The notes under the pieces: generated by a model | Databases searched by the model: none | Seen by the model: the letters and a program-made list of their open reading frames with translations, nothing else | What the model was told of the DNA's origin: nothing | Program-made: the position numbers and the translations under genes | Shown here: in pieces, positions 1 through 9,571 of the stretch | Layout: each line of letters begins with the position of its first letter | How positions within the stretch are numbered: the stretch's first letter is position 1 | Source: Spirochaetaceae bacterium | GTDB lineage: Bacteria; Spirochaetota; Spirochaetia; DSM-2461 | Length of the DNA stretch: 64,000 nt | Reading direction: 5' to 3' | Assembly (NCBI GenBank): GCA_965224705.1 | Contig: OZ245056.1 | Location: 2,592,001 to 2,656,000, forward strand

Positions 1-561
1 AATACACCAACAGGATCGCACCCGGTCGACAGTGAGTTTGTACGGCGTGTCGAAGAGTCCTTTGAAGAGAAGTTTGTTGATGAAAGATTGGCCGATAACA
101 CAGTTGAAGTCGTTATGGTCATGGCACTGGCCCTCAAACCCGGGCTCAGATGGTCTGCATGGAGGGTCCCTTCAGATAATCGGGCTCTAAGCTTTGGAAA
201 AACACTCGCAGGAATAGCTTCTGAATCTGATCGGCGGATTGCGGTTGTCGGCTCAACAGATCTGACACATTATGGGAAATCTTATGGATTGATCACAGAC
301 GAAACTCTTAACACACCGATTCAATGGGTCAAAGACCGGGATTCAAGCATCCTTGAGGCATTGGTCAATTTTGAAGGGAAAAAAGCATTGACACTGGCCG
401 TTGAGGATCAATGTGCCTGTTCAGGGGGAGGCGCTGTTGCTGCAATGAGTTATGCATACAACTGCGGTGCAAGAAGGGGGCGAGTTCTCTCATACGGCAC
501 GAGTTTTGATGTTTCTCCAGGAGATTCTTTTGTTGGCTATGCTGGAGTTGTATGGGAGTGA
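1..561 (+). CDS. AmmeMemoRadiSam system protein B / MEMO1-family protein (5'-truncated by window)
   Basis: Frame is open from base 1 (NTPTG..VD). Contains DNTVEV, STDLTHYG and C-terminal SFVGYAG motifs typical of the MEMO1 family. Confidence 0.85.
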   Translation, partial: NTPTGSHPVDSEFVRRVEESFEEKFVDERLADNTVEVVMVMALALKPGLRWSAWRVPSDNRALSFGKTLAGIASESDRRIAVVGSTDLTHYGKSYGLITDETLNTPIQWVKDRDSSILEALVNFEGKKALTLAVEDQCACSGGGAVAAMSYAYNCGARRGRVLSYGTSFDVSPGDSFVGYAGVVWE

Positions 562-2213
562 TTTGTCCGGGAGAGAACTCTGCTGACACGATTCAATGTC
601 CATTGGCGTGCCGATTCCAGTGCTGCAGTACCATCCTTTGAGCTATTCTGGAACGCTGCTGCAGCGGGGAGTAATGTGGTCCAGGCCTGCCTGATTTCAG
701 GTTTCAGTCCTTCCAGATAATCCTGCCGTGATCCCCTCATGGGAGGTAATCTTTCCAGATGATTCTGGTACCTGGTAAGAAAGTCCTTCCATCCTGATTG
801 AACCGGGCCAACAGTTGGAATTGATGCGATATGAGAATGCCGGGGAAGGACTGCCTTTTTTTGATGAATGGGTACTCCATTGCCTGGTTCTGATAGGAAC
901 TGGCAGTTCATTGTGTTGATGACCGATTCCAGTTCTTCTCTGTAGTGATCCATCGTTTTTGTTCGCCACCTCCAACCGGCCCCTGTTTTTTCCCGTTCCG
1001 GTTGACCAGCCGCAATGAATTTCCAGAAATACGATTCTGATCCCGCAGTGCGTGTGGAAATTGATTGGAAATGAGGATAAATATACGTTCCCTGAGCATA
1101 AGGACGTCCATCAGGATATGAGAAATCCCCACCCAGAAGAATGACTTCCTCCGTCCCCGCAATATCAGCAAATGAGACCGCTGCGTGAGTCACATTGCCG
1201 CCAGAGATATCAAGAATTGGAAAAGCACGATAGAATTGGTTAATGTATAAGGAAAATGGGTGACCACTGGAATAGAAGAGTATTCTATCAGTGAGACGGG
1301 TGAGTATGGGAGGGGAGGCCAGATCAAGTAAAAGTATTGTTTCCTCTGGCAGACGTTTAAAGAAATGCTGGGAACTGATAATCTGGCAGTCAATGGAAAG
1401 CACTATATCCGGAGCAATACCGGCGGAAATCAAAACAGGGAGGGAGGTATCGGTTGCCAGTAATGCTGTTCCATTTTTTTTTAGTTGACGAATGCGGGGA
1501 AGTTGGGCTTGAAGAGATGGACCGGCAGCCGTGATGCACAACTTTCCGGCTGGAGGCAGCATGCAGAAAACCTCTTCACTTCTTCTAATATTTGTGATCG
1601 TATGAACAAACCATCGGCGGCCAAATCGAGATTGAACGGAGTAATCTCTTCCCAAAGTTTCCGACAGACCCCTTACAGATTTCGCCATGTCGGCAAACCA
1701 TTGAGGTTCGGCATCCCATCTTGTTCTCAAGCTTATACTTCCAAGATTTCCGTACAGTACTGGAAGGTACCGATCCAATACAATCTTTGCCAATTCATCC
1801 GGGGTAGAATCAACCAGGAGTATTACCCTGGAATCCAGAAAGAGTTGTGTTAAATCAATCGTTTCAAGAATTTGTCGAATAAGAGCTGCATCTTTCTCAA
1901 CAATAATCAGTCCGGTCGTATTGTTGTTCTGGAGCAGGGGGACCAGATGATAGCCTCCACCCATACCAAAGGCTATTAAAAACCCCCGGGGTGCTTCCGC
2001 TGCGATACGTTTGCCTTCGTTTTCTGGATCAAAGCGGGAATGCATGGGATACGGCCGTCCATTGCGGCTGAGAATTGGTACAGGATGTCCACTTCGCGAG
2101 GTAATGAATTCGAGATTGTGATTTTTTGAACCATGGGGGAACTCTGAGAACGGATGAGAGCACCTTGTTCCGAGGGCAAGGAGGTTGCGGTTCAATGTGC
2201 TATTTTCGTTCAT
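537..2213 (-). CDS. DUF115 / Maf (motility-associated factor)-like protein
   Basis: Motifs HSRFDP, GMGGGYHL, AAGPSL, ATDT, PDIVLSID, GGNV and LLGGDFSY. Confidence 0.8.
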   Translation of the reverse strand: MNENSTLNRNLLALGTRCSHPFSEFPHGSKNHNLEFITSRSGHPVPILSRNGRPYPMHSRFDPENEGKRIAAEAPRGFLIAFGMGGGYHLVPLLQNNNTTGLIIVEKDAALIRQILETIDLTQLFLDSRVILLVDSTPDELAKIVLDRYLPVLYGNLGSISLRTRWDAEPQWFADMAKSVRGLSETLGRDYSVQSRFGRRWFVHTITNIRRSEEVFCMLPPAGKLCITAAGPSLQAQLPRIRQLKKNGTALLATDTSLPVLISAGIAPDIVLSIDCQIISSQHFFKRLPEETILLLDLASPPILTRLTDRILFYSSGHPFSLYINQFYRAFPILDISGGNVTHAAVSFADIAGTEEVILLGGDFSYPDGRPYAQGTYIYPHFQSISTRTAGSESYFWKFIAAGQPEREKTGAGWRWRTKTMDHYREELESVINTMNCQFLSEPGNGVPIHQKKAVLPRHSHIASIPTVGPVQSGWKDFLTRYQNHLERLPPMRGSRQDYLEGLKPEIRQAWTTLLPAAAAFQNSSKDGTAALESARQWTLNRVSRVLSRTNHSHTTPA

Positions 2214-3717
2214 ACGACTGCAGCATCTCCTGTAGAATCCTCCTTACTTTATTCTTCTGAGCTGTCCAATGATGCTCTGATGCTGTGCCAGATCGAATAA
2301 TATCCAATACACCGCCTGGATCAAGAGTGTAGAGAATATCACTGGGCATTGTGCTGACCCGGCTCCATTGATCAAGCAATTGACAGATCCATGTTTTCCG
2401 GTCTTTATATGGAATGGGCACCGGTTTCCTGTGGAATTCCAATGTTCGTACTCTGTCAAAATTCTTAAAAACAGATGAGTTCACATTCCTGACATCTTTG
2501 AAATTGTTCGGATATTGACAGTGATTATCAGAAATCAATCGGTATACAGGTCGTCTGAATGAGGTGTCATTGAACCAGTCCGCATAGGTTTTCAATGCAA
2601 ATCCTGTCCTCAATCGACCGATTCGTTCGGGGACGGTTTTCCGGGCAATAGTCCATTGGGTTGTCAGTGCCGGCATTGTGCGGTTCACTCTGGAAGAAAA
2701 CCATCCATCAAATCCATGAGGTCTTACATGGCTTCTGAGGTCATACCAGCATAGATCCAGACCGGTGAGAACAAGGGGACCACTGCATATCTGACGCCAG
2801 GTTTCTATCGCACTGATGGCCACTGTACCTGCCAGGGGAATTTCGATTGCAGGCCAGTCGTTTCCAGTCAGCAGGGAATTCTCTCCAATAGTTTTTTGAT
2901 TGAGAAGAATGGGGGGAGGGGAATTCTCAGGTATGGGAGATGCTGTCAGCGGCATCGCGACAGGAATGTCCCTTGAAAAATAGCGTCCGTGTAAACGGGC
3001 CCAGCAGCCTGGATCCGTTGAAAACACCAGGTCGGGTTTGATATTCATTCTTTTCAAAGCTGGTAGTGACGATGGAAGAGCCCATAGATTGAATTGAGAT
3101 CGGTATTTTGATAGTGTCTGTAAATGATCTTCCAGCGAGGGTCCAGAAGCCGCAATAACTGTTGCGCCATTTACTCTGGAAGGAATGGTTAAGTGATTGA
3201 TGTTCAGGTAGTTGCGCAGTGAATTCTTAATCCACAACCTTCCGAAAACGGCTGTTGTTGTGATGTTGCCGGTATATCGTCTGATGACGGTGGAAATGGC
3301 ATCGGATACCTTTCGAGCCATATCGGGTGCTGTTTGAATCGATGCTGGCCAATCGATTATCTGCATACCTGGGAGGTCTGTTTCACTGATCGCATCAAAC
3401 AGGAAGTTTACGATGTTTTTTTTCCCCTCCGGAAACCACCGCATGACGGACATTTTTTTGCTTATATGGTGATTATAAAGTTCCTGGATGAGATGCAGTG
3501 CAATTATTCTGAGATCAGGCCGTTTTTCTGCCAGAATTGAATCAAGATAGCCAAGACTGGCTCCCAGGATTATAACCGTTCCATTTTGACGGAATGAGTT
3601 CATCCTCAATTCCAGGAATTTCAAAGCTTCTTTCGGTGGATTATAGGCTGAATGTATTCGAAATGCACCAATACTTGCGGTTAATGGCCCGGTTTTGGAT
3701 GGATAAAGGGATATCAC
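2200..3717 (-). CDS. DUF115 / Maf-like protein (second tandem paralogue)
   Basis: Motifs HSAYNP, GASLGY, ASGPSL, PDLVFSTD, GTV and GLDL. Overlaps both neighbouring genes. Confidence 0.75.
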   Translation of the reverse strand: MISLYPSKTGPLTASIGAFRIHSAYNPPKEALKFLELRMNSFRQNGTVIILGASLGYLDSILAEKRPDLRIIALHLIQELYNHHISKKMSVMRWFPEGKKNIVNFLFDAISETDLPGMQIIDWPASIQTAPDMARKVSDAISTVIRRYTGNITTTAVFGRLWIKNSLRNYLNINHLTIPSRVNGATVIAASGPSLEDHLQTLSKYRSQFNLWALPSSLPALKRMNIKPDLVFSTDPGCWARLHGRYFSRDIPVAMPLTASPIPENSPPPILLNQKTIGENSLLTGNDWPAIEIPLAGTVAISAIETWRQICSGPLVLTGLDLCWYDLRSHVRPHGFDGWFSSRVNRTMPALTTQWTIARKTVPERIGRLRTGFALKTYADWFNDTSFRRPVYRLISDNHCQYPNNFKDVRNVNSSVFKNFDRVRTLEFHRKPVPIPYKDRKTWICQLLDQWSRVSTMPSDILYTLDPGGVLDIIRSGTASEHHWTAQKNKVRRILQEMLQSYERK

Positions 3718-4838
3718 TCAAGTTGTGTAGAACCATTGGGATGGATTCCAAACTCCTCCAGCAGCTTGTTATAGGTTCTATACTGAGAGCTGTTGGTCAT
3801 TTCCTCCAGTTTATTCTCGGGTAATGCACCGAAAAGCTGCGTCATGTAAGTCAGCATTTCTTTTACTTCATCCTGACTGAACGTTCTGGGAGGTTCATTC
3901 GCTGGTATATCACCGATATCGTCAATATCAGGTAGATCGAAAGACTCACTCAGTGTCATTTCGTCTGCATCAGCCATACTGGATTCATCAGGACTCTTTA
4001 GAGTGGAGTCAGAAAGATTGAATTCGGACATGAAATCAACTTCATCGGCAGAGGATTCTTCTACGGAATCAAAGGAAATAATGTCCTCTGTATCATCTGT
4101 AGAATCCAGGCCGGGATCAGGAACCGCTTCCATAGATGAATTGTCATTGATTTCATCGGGAGAAATCTCATCAATACTGACAACTTCATTGAAGTCAGAT
4201 TCCGTATCAGCAGCGTCATCCAGAATGGTCATGGCTGGATCATCTCCAGGAAGCAGGCTGTTTCCGAATTCATCTTCTCTGGTGAGATCAATGACTTCAT
4301 CATCAAAACCCGTGTCCATTTCCGTGGATGCTGCGTTTTCGGCCTCCATTTCAACGAAGTTGCAGGAGTTGAGTATATTATCCAGTTCCTCACCGATCAG
4401 GGAAATAGACTCATCATCTTCATCTTCCTCGAAGAATCCCTGAGTTTCATTATTATCAGCCTGAGTCTTCTGTGACTGCAATCCCCTGATTGCATCGTTA
4501 AGCAGGTGAATCTCTCCCTGTAGATCCTTGAGCATCTGTTCCAGATCTTTTATTCTTGAATCGTAATCAGGAGCAGATGGATCAACACTGCTGGAACTCA
4601 GTAAGGTATCAGTTGAAATGTCATCATTATCAGCCATATCGGTAATATCCAGTTCATTGTTATTTTCTTCTCTAAGAAACCCATCGTCAGTATCGGATAC
4701 AGTTGGCAGGTCGATATCTATCTCACTCTGGCTGTACATATCCGATGTATCATCGGGATTGGTTTTTACCCAGACGCCATATCGCTCAAGTTCTTGATCT
4801 GTCCGTGATTCATTGGATGTGCCCATAATTACTCCCAA
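3714..4838 (-). CDS. Very acidic, largely low-complexity hypothetical protein with conserved-looking N- and C-terminal helices
   Basis: 374-aa D/E-rich ORF. Has ELERYGVWVK near the N-terminus, a short coiled coil, and a C-terminal EVKEMLTYMTQL...YNKLLEEFG segment. Confidence 0.75.
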   Translation of the reverse strand: MGVIMGTSNESRTDQELERYGVWVKTNPDDTSDMYSQSEIDIDLPTVSDTDDGFLREENNNELDITDMADNDDISTDTLLSSSSVDPSAPDYDSRIKDLEQMLKDLQGEIHLLNDAIRGLQSQKTQADNNETQGFFEEDEDDESISLIGEELDNILNSCNFVEMEAENAASTEMDTGFDDEVIDLTREDEFGNSLLPGDDPAMTILDDAADTESDFNEVVSIDEISPDEINDNSSMEAVPDPGLDSTDDTEDIISFDSVEESSADEVDFMSEFNLSDSTLKSPDESSMADADEMTLSESFDLPDIDDIGDIPANEPPRTFSQDEVKEMLTYMTQLFGALPENKLEEMTNSSQYRTYNKLLEEFGIHPNGSTQLE

Positions 4839-5082
4839 AAACAGTATTATCCACTATCATTATCGTAATCTATCCTCGAAAATAAATGAATTAAATCATT
4901 TCCAGGGGAAGATTCTTAAATATATACTGTATCTCGTCAATATGGAAGAGCCGAGTTCCAACCGCAGTCTGGTCTGAATACCTGATTTATCGGCTGTATA
5001 CTTTATCAGAAATTCTGTCAAAGGTTGGAAATAAATGAAATTCTCTGTAAAGAGGGAAGAGTTGATAACCGTCAATCTCATT

Positions 5083-5529
5083 ATGAGGTTGTTTTTTATA
5101 CCACTTGCACTCTATTCAGGGTTTCTTACATATATGATCTTCATGCTTTTTTTCGGGCCCAATGGTGTTTATGCGTTTGCACGATTGAATGATAATATTC
5201 AGCTGCTTGCGGAAAATATGGAGTTACTAAACAGCAGGAAAGCGGAATTGACTCAAACCCTCAATTCACTTCGCTCTGATTCGAATGAAATCAGGATTAA
5301 AGCTCGTGGAATTGGTTTGTATGAACCTGGACAGCATGTTGTTTATTTCCAGAATCTTGAGGATGTTCAGACTCTTCCCGATGCTGGTCAAGTTTTAGTG
5401 CTGGACTCAGAACGAAAGGTCGATCAAAGATTTTTCCGTATTCTCAGTTTTATCGTCAGTCTGTTGTTCTTCATTGTTGGATTTGTACTTTCCAGGGTTG
5501 GAAGTGTATCTCATCAGAAACAAACATAG
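5083..5529 (+). CDS. Septum formation initiator (FtsB/DivIC-like) with extra C-terminal TM helix
   Basis: N-terminal TM helix, then FGPNG, a coiled coil and AR..GLYEPG. Start codon is uncertain (5035 or 5083). Confidence 0.75.
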   Translation: MRLFFIPLALYSGFLTYMIFMLFFGPNGVYAFARLNDNIQLLAENMELLNSRKAELTQTLNSLRSDSNEIRIKARGIGLYEPGQHVVYFQNLEDVQTLPDAGQVLVLDSERKVDQRFFRILSFIVSLLFFIVGFVLSRVGSVSHQKQT

Positions 5530-6067
5530 CTATCATTCACTTCTGGAGTCGTTGACTGATGGACGGGTTTGTATTATGGCCTGCGATACTATTTATGGGT
5601 TTGTGGGACGATTTCCAGATACAGAGGAAAAAATTCAATCCATCAAGGGACGAAATCAACCTCTTTTAGTGCTGGTATCTGAGGTTTCCGAGTTGCTGGA
5701 TCTGGGTATCGACAATCTTGAATATCCTGCCCTTTCATTATGGCCAGGACCATATACATTTATTTTTGAAACCAAATCCTCTTCTACTATTGCCTGCCGA
5801 ATACCGGAGGATCATCGTCTTCGCTCATTGATTTCTGATGTGGGTAAGCCCCTGTATTCCACAAGTGTGAACAGGACAGGACAACCAGCAATGAACAATC
5901 CGCAGGAGATTAATGCGGAGTTTGGCAATGAGGTTGCACTGATAGAGGATTCAGGAATGCGCCTGGGACAGCTGCCATCAACAATTGTTGATTTAACATG
6001 TAATCCTCATCGCATTCTGAGGCAGGGCAGGGGGAAAGTACCTCCCCAATACCTCCAGAAGCAGTAA
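5504..6067 (+). CDS. tsaC: L-threonylcarbamoyladenylate synthase (TsaC/YrdC/Sua5 family)
   Basis: Motifs DTIYG, KGR, WPGPYT, RIP, STSVN and PSTIVD. GTG start at 5504 is assumed. Confidence 0.88.
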   Translation: MYLIRNKHSYHSLLESLTDGRVCIMACDTIYGFVGRFPDTEEKIQSIKGRNQPLLVLVSEVSELLDLGIDNLEYPALSLWPGPYTFIFETKSSSTIACRIPEDHRLRSLISDVGKPLYSTSVNRTGQPAMNNPQEINAEFGNEVALIEDSGMRLGQLPSTIVDLTCNPHRILRQGRGKVPPQYLQKQ

Positions 6068-6075
6068 TGCCTGAT

Positions 6076-7065
6076 TCAGTCACTTGAAGTTAATGGGAGT
6101 CCCCTGGATTTTCTATATTCGGGGATTGTAATCATAGGCGGCCGTTCGTATTCAAGAATGTCATACTCAACGGTTTCATATTTATCATTCTGTGCCTGAA
6201 ACTGCCTGAGTATCGTTTCAAACTCTCCCTCCCATTGCAAGGTTCCTTCTTTTCTTAATCGCTTGAGAAATGACTGGAGAATTCCAAAGGACATTTTACC
6301 CAGATCCCGGGTTTCCTGATTTCTATGGACTCGTTGATCCAGGTCGGTTTGAGCAAAGGCTGTCATGCCATGAGCACGGTACACGTCGATAAGATGGCTG
6401 GTTTCCACACCATAGCCCACAGGAAATGGAATGCTCTCCAGAACGGAACGCCGCACGGCATACTCACCTGAAAGAGGCTGAATAATCCCCGTCAGTTCTG
6501 GAAAAAACAGACTGAAGAGAGGCCGGGTGAGAATCTCTGTAACCCTGCCTCCCCCGGAAGGTCTGATACTGTCGGAGAAGGCAAGTGGTCTATCGTAGAA
6601 TGCTTTGACATAACTCACCTCCGGCCGTTGTATAAGAGGTCCGATAAGTCCATAGACAAACCTTGGATGGATGTTTTTTATGTCTGCATCGATATAGACA
6701 ATGATGTCTCCTTTGAGCTGATAAATAGCCTTCCAGAGATTTTCACCCTTACCCCGTTTGAATCCTAAATCCGGCAGAATCTCGATAGAAAGGTATGTAT
6801 CGGCATTGAAACTTGCTGCGACCTCAAGAGTGCGGTCCTCACTGCCTGAGTCGATTATGGCTATTTCATCCAGCAGGGGGTAACGATTCATCAGCTCAGA
6901 TTTAAAAATGATGATTTCCTTGCCAATTGTGTGTTCTTCATTCAAAGTGGGGATGCACAGGGAAATGGTCAATCCGGATTTTTCTTTCTCCTCGACAAGG
7001 TTTTTCAAGTCAGAAAATGCAGAATGATGATAGGTATTCTCTTTGATCCATTTGTTAAGATTCAT
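6076..7065 (-). CDS. gpgS: Glucosyl-3-phosphoglycerate synthase
   Basis: Motifs PTLNEE, DSGS.D, GKGENLW, DAD, GGRVTE, QPLSGEYA, YGVE and R.HRN. Confidence 0.9.
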   Translation of the reverse strand: MNLNKWIKENTYHHSAFSDLKNLVEEKEKSGLTISLCIPTLNEEHTIGKEIIIFKSELMNRYPLLDEIAIIDSGSEDRTLEVAASFNADTYLSIEILPDLGFKRGKGENLWKAIYQLKGDIIVYIDADIKNIHPRFVYGLIGPLIQRPEVSYVKAFYDRPLAFSDSIRPSGGGRVTEILTRPLFSLFFPELTGIIQPLSGEYAVRRSVLESIPFPVGYGVETSHLIDVYRAHGMTAFAQTDLDQRVHRNQETRDLGKMSFGILQSFLKRLRKEGTLQWEGEFETILRQFQAQNDKYETVEYDILEYERPPMITIPEYRKSRGLPLTSSD

Positions 7066-8224
7066 TGGAACACCCCATATCTATGGCCTTGAGTAATGAG
7101 ACAAATTGAGCCAGACCCTTACTGATAGGTTCAATATCAACGGATTCGTTTTCTTCTCCAGAATTTTCCCCGTTGGTAAGTCCGATGGTAATAGCTGGTA
7201 TTCCCCGGTCGATAAGAGCTGCAACTTCTGAAGTACTGGGTATCACTCTTGGTGCAATTCCCAGACTTTTCAAGATTTCCCGGGCAGTTGTGTTCAGGGG
7301 ATGGGAGAATTCTGTTCCGCCCGGCTTTCTTCGTGCTATTTCCTCAAACTGAACAAAAGCTCCGGTTTTTGATGTCATTTCTTCGGCAAGATTTTTTATT
7401 CTCAGGGCCAGATCGGAGACAATTTCCTCCGATTCGCTCCGTATTTCCATTCTTAATCTGGCCTTGGTAGGCAGGGTATTATAGGAAGTTCCTGCTTCTA
7501 TCTGTCCCAGAAGAATACTGGTTTTGGGTTTACTCGGTAAGGGAATTTCAAGGATTCTGTTGACCATGTCGTTCATGTCAACAATGGCACCAACAGAATT
7601 GAATTTTGTCCAGTCATACCTTTCAGGAATACTGTATGACAGGGTTCCCCTCAGCATGCCGATAGATGAGAAACTCAAACGTCCTATCCGTATACCTTCC
7701 AGGCAGACGGCAGCATGGAAAGTCCGTTGATAATTATCAAGAACAAAGCTGATGCCCTCCAGATCCCCGGGGCCCAGGCTTCGGGAACTGCCCAGTAGAA
7801 CGAGGTTGGCTTCAAACTCCATCTTCACACAGTCTAGAATTACCGGCAGTGATCCCAGAATGGCAAGACCGAGGCTGTTATCGCTGATACCGGGACCTAT
7901 CATCTGTGTTGGTTCCAGAGTCACTGTGTGATCAACAGTCTGGTCGAAAAGAGTGTCCAGATGAGCTGTTACCAGAATATCTCTGTCGCCGACGGAACCG
8001 GGAATGATTCCCAGAGCATTATCCTTTTCATCGACGGATGCGTTCAGCATTTCCAGGTCACTGAATCGGTCAGCCAGGAAATGAGCTCTGTTTTTTTCAT
8101 AGAATGTCGGTGATGGAATTTCATTGATCATGACAGCCGTGGAAAGGATGATTTCTCTGATGTTCTCAAGTTGTTTGAGATAGCCAGGTAGAGAATCAAG
8201 AATTGAATTGATATCGAAGTGCAT
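7055..8224 (-). CDS. M20/M25/M40 family metallohydrolase
   Basis: Motifs PSPTF.E, AHLDT.F, GPGISDN and the dimerisation-domain N..P...RS. Overlaps gpgS by 11 nt. Confidence 0.8.
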   Translation of the reverse strand: MHFDINSILDSLPGYLKQLENIREIILSTAVMINEIPSPTFYEKNRAHFLADRFSDLEMLNASVDEKDNALGIIPGSVGDRDILVTAHLDTLFDQTVDHTVTLEPTQMIGPGISDNSLGLAILGSLPVILDCVKMEFEANLVLLGSSRSLGPGDLEGISFVLDNYQRTFHAAVCLEGIRIGRLSFSSIGMLRGTLSYSIPERYDWTKFNSVGAIVDMNDMVNRILEIPLPSKPKTSILLGQIEAGTSYNTLPTKARLRMEIRSESEEIVSDLALRIKNLAEEMTSKTGAFVQFEEIARRKPGGTEFSHPLNTTAREILKSLGIAPRVIPSTSEVAALIDRGIPAITIGLTNGENSGEENESVDIEPISKGLAQFVSLLKAIDMGCSNES

Positions 8225-8293
8225 GAAATGAGTATACCTTAATTCTCATAGAGATGAAACACCCGGAAGGAATCATCTTTCGGTGTCCGTTGA

Positions 8294-9571
8294 TTATCGG
8301 GAGGCCTTTTTCAATGCGGACTTCAGATCGGATAATATATCTTCTGATTCTTCAATGCCAATGGATAAGCGTATCAGATCCGATTGCACCCCTGCCTTGA
8401 TTAAGTCATTCTCGCTGAGTTGGGAATGAGTTGTGGATGCCGGATGTATGGCCAGGCTTTTTGCATCGCCCACATTTGCAACATGGCTGAAGAGCTGGAG
8501 ACTTTCTATGAAACGTGCTCCCGCTTCCCTGCCTCCCTTGATTCCAAATACTACCATTCCACCAAACCCTTTTTTCAAGTAATGTGACGAGATCCTGTAA
8601 TTGCTGTTATTCTTTTCAAGACCGGGATAGTTTACCCAGGACACAGCAGGGTGATCACTGAGGAAATCGGCCACAATGGATGCATTTTCGGAATGCTTTT
8701 CCATACGCAGGGCCAGGGTTTCCAGACCCTGGAGGAATATCCAGTCGTTATCAGGACTGAGGCATGCTCCGAGATTCCTTATTTGAACCAGACGCATTCT
8801 CAATATATAGGCAAGGGGAGTCAGTTCGCCAAGGTCATGGGCGTAGCGGAGTCCATGATAGCCTGTATCCGGTACATTGAAAGTAGAAAATTTCGGGTCA
8901 GTCCAGTCGAATTTGCCAGTATCAACAACAATGCCGCCAATGCCCGTACCATGACCTCCTATCCACTTTGTCAGTGAATGGATTATGACATCGGCTCCAT
9001 GTTCAACAGCTCTGAACAGGTATGGTGTGGTAAATGTGGCATCAACCAGAACTGGAATGTGGGCATCGGCTGCGACTTGCTTGATCCTGTCAAAGTCGGG
9101 AACTCTCAATGAGGGATTCCCAATCGTTTCATAGTAGAATCCCCGTGTTTTACTGGTGACCGCCGCCTTCCATTCATCAATTCTGTGAGGGTTGACGAAT
9201 TTTACTGTGATGCCGAAATTGGGTAGAATCTCCTTGAACTGTGTGAATGTTCCACCGTAAAGCTCAGAAGACGCAACAATCTCATCTCCCGCTTTTGCGA
9301 CATTGACTATGCTATTGAAAATGGCCGCAGTGCCTGAGGCATGGGCCAGTGCTCCAACCCCACCTTCCAATTCGGTTAATCGGGCTTCAAGTATATCCTG
9401 TGTGGGATTCTGAAGACGAGTGTAGATATGCCCCAATTCTTTGAGAGCAAAAAGATCAGCCGCATGTTCCGAATCCCTGAAATTGTAGGCTGTTGTCCGG
9501 TGTACCGGAACGGCACGAACAGAATGCTCCCGTCCCCATCCTCCATGAATGGCTGTCGTTGTAAATCCCAT
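8294..9571 (-). CDS. metY: O-acetylhomoserine aminocarboxypropyltransferase / sulfhydrylase
   Basis: Motifs YTRLQNPT, HSLTKWIGGHG (PLP lysine), NVGDAKSLAIHPASTTH and RLSIGIE. Its ATG overlaps the cysK stop (TAATG). Confidence 0.92.
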   Translation of the reverse strand: MGFTTTAIHGGWGREHSVRAVPVHRTTAYNFRDSEHAADLFALKELGHIYTRLQNPTQDILEARLTELEGGVGALAHASGTAAIFNSIVNVAKAGDEIVASSELYGGTFTQFKEILPNFGITVKFVNPHRIDEWKAAVTSKTRGFYYETIGNPSLRVPDFDRIKQVAADAHIPVLVDATFTTPYLFRAVEHGADVIIHSLTKWIGGHGTGIGGIVVDTGKFDWTDPKFSTFNVPDTGYHGLRYAHDLGELTPLAYILRMRLVQIRNLGACLSPDNDWIFLQGLETLALRMEKHSENASIVADFLSDHPAVSWVNYPGLEKNNSNYRISSHYLKKGFGGMVVFGIKGGREAGARFIESLQLFSHVANVGDAKSLAIHPASTTHSQLSENDLIKAGVQSDLIRLSIGIEESEDILSDLKSALKKASR

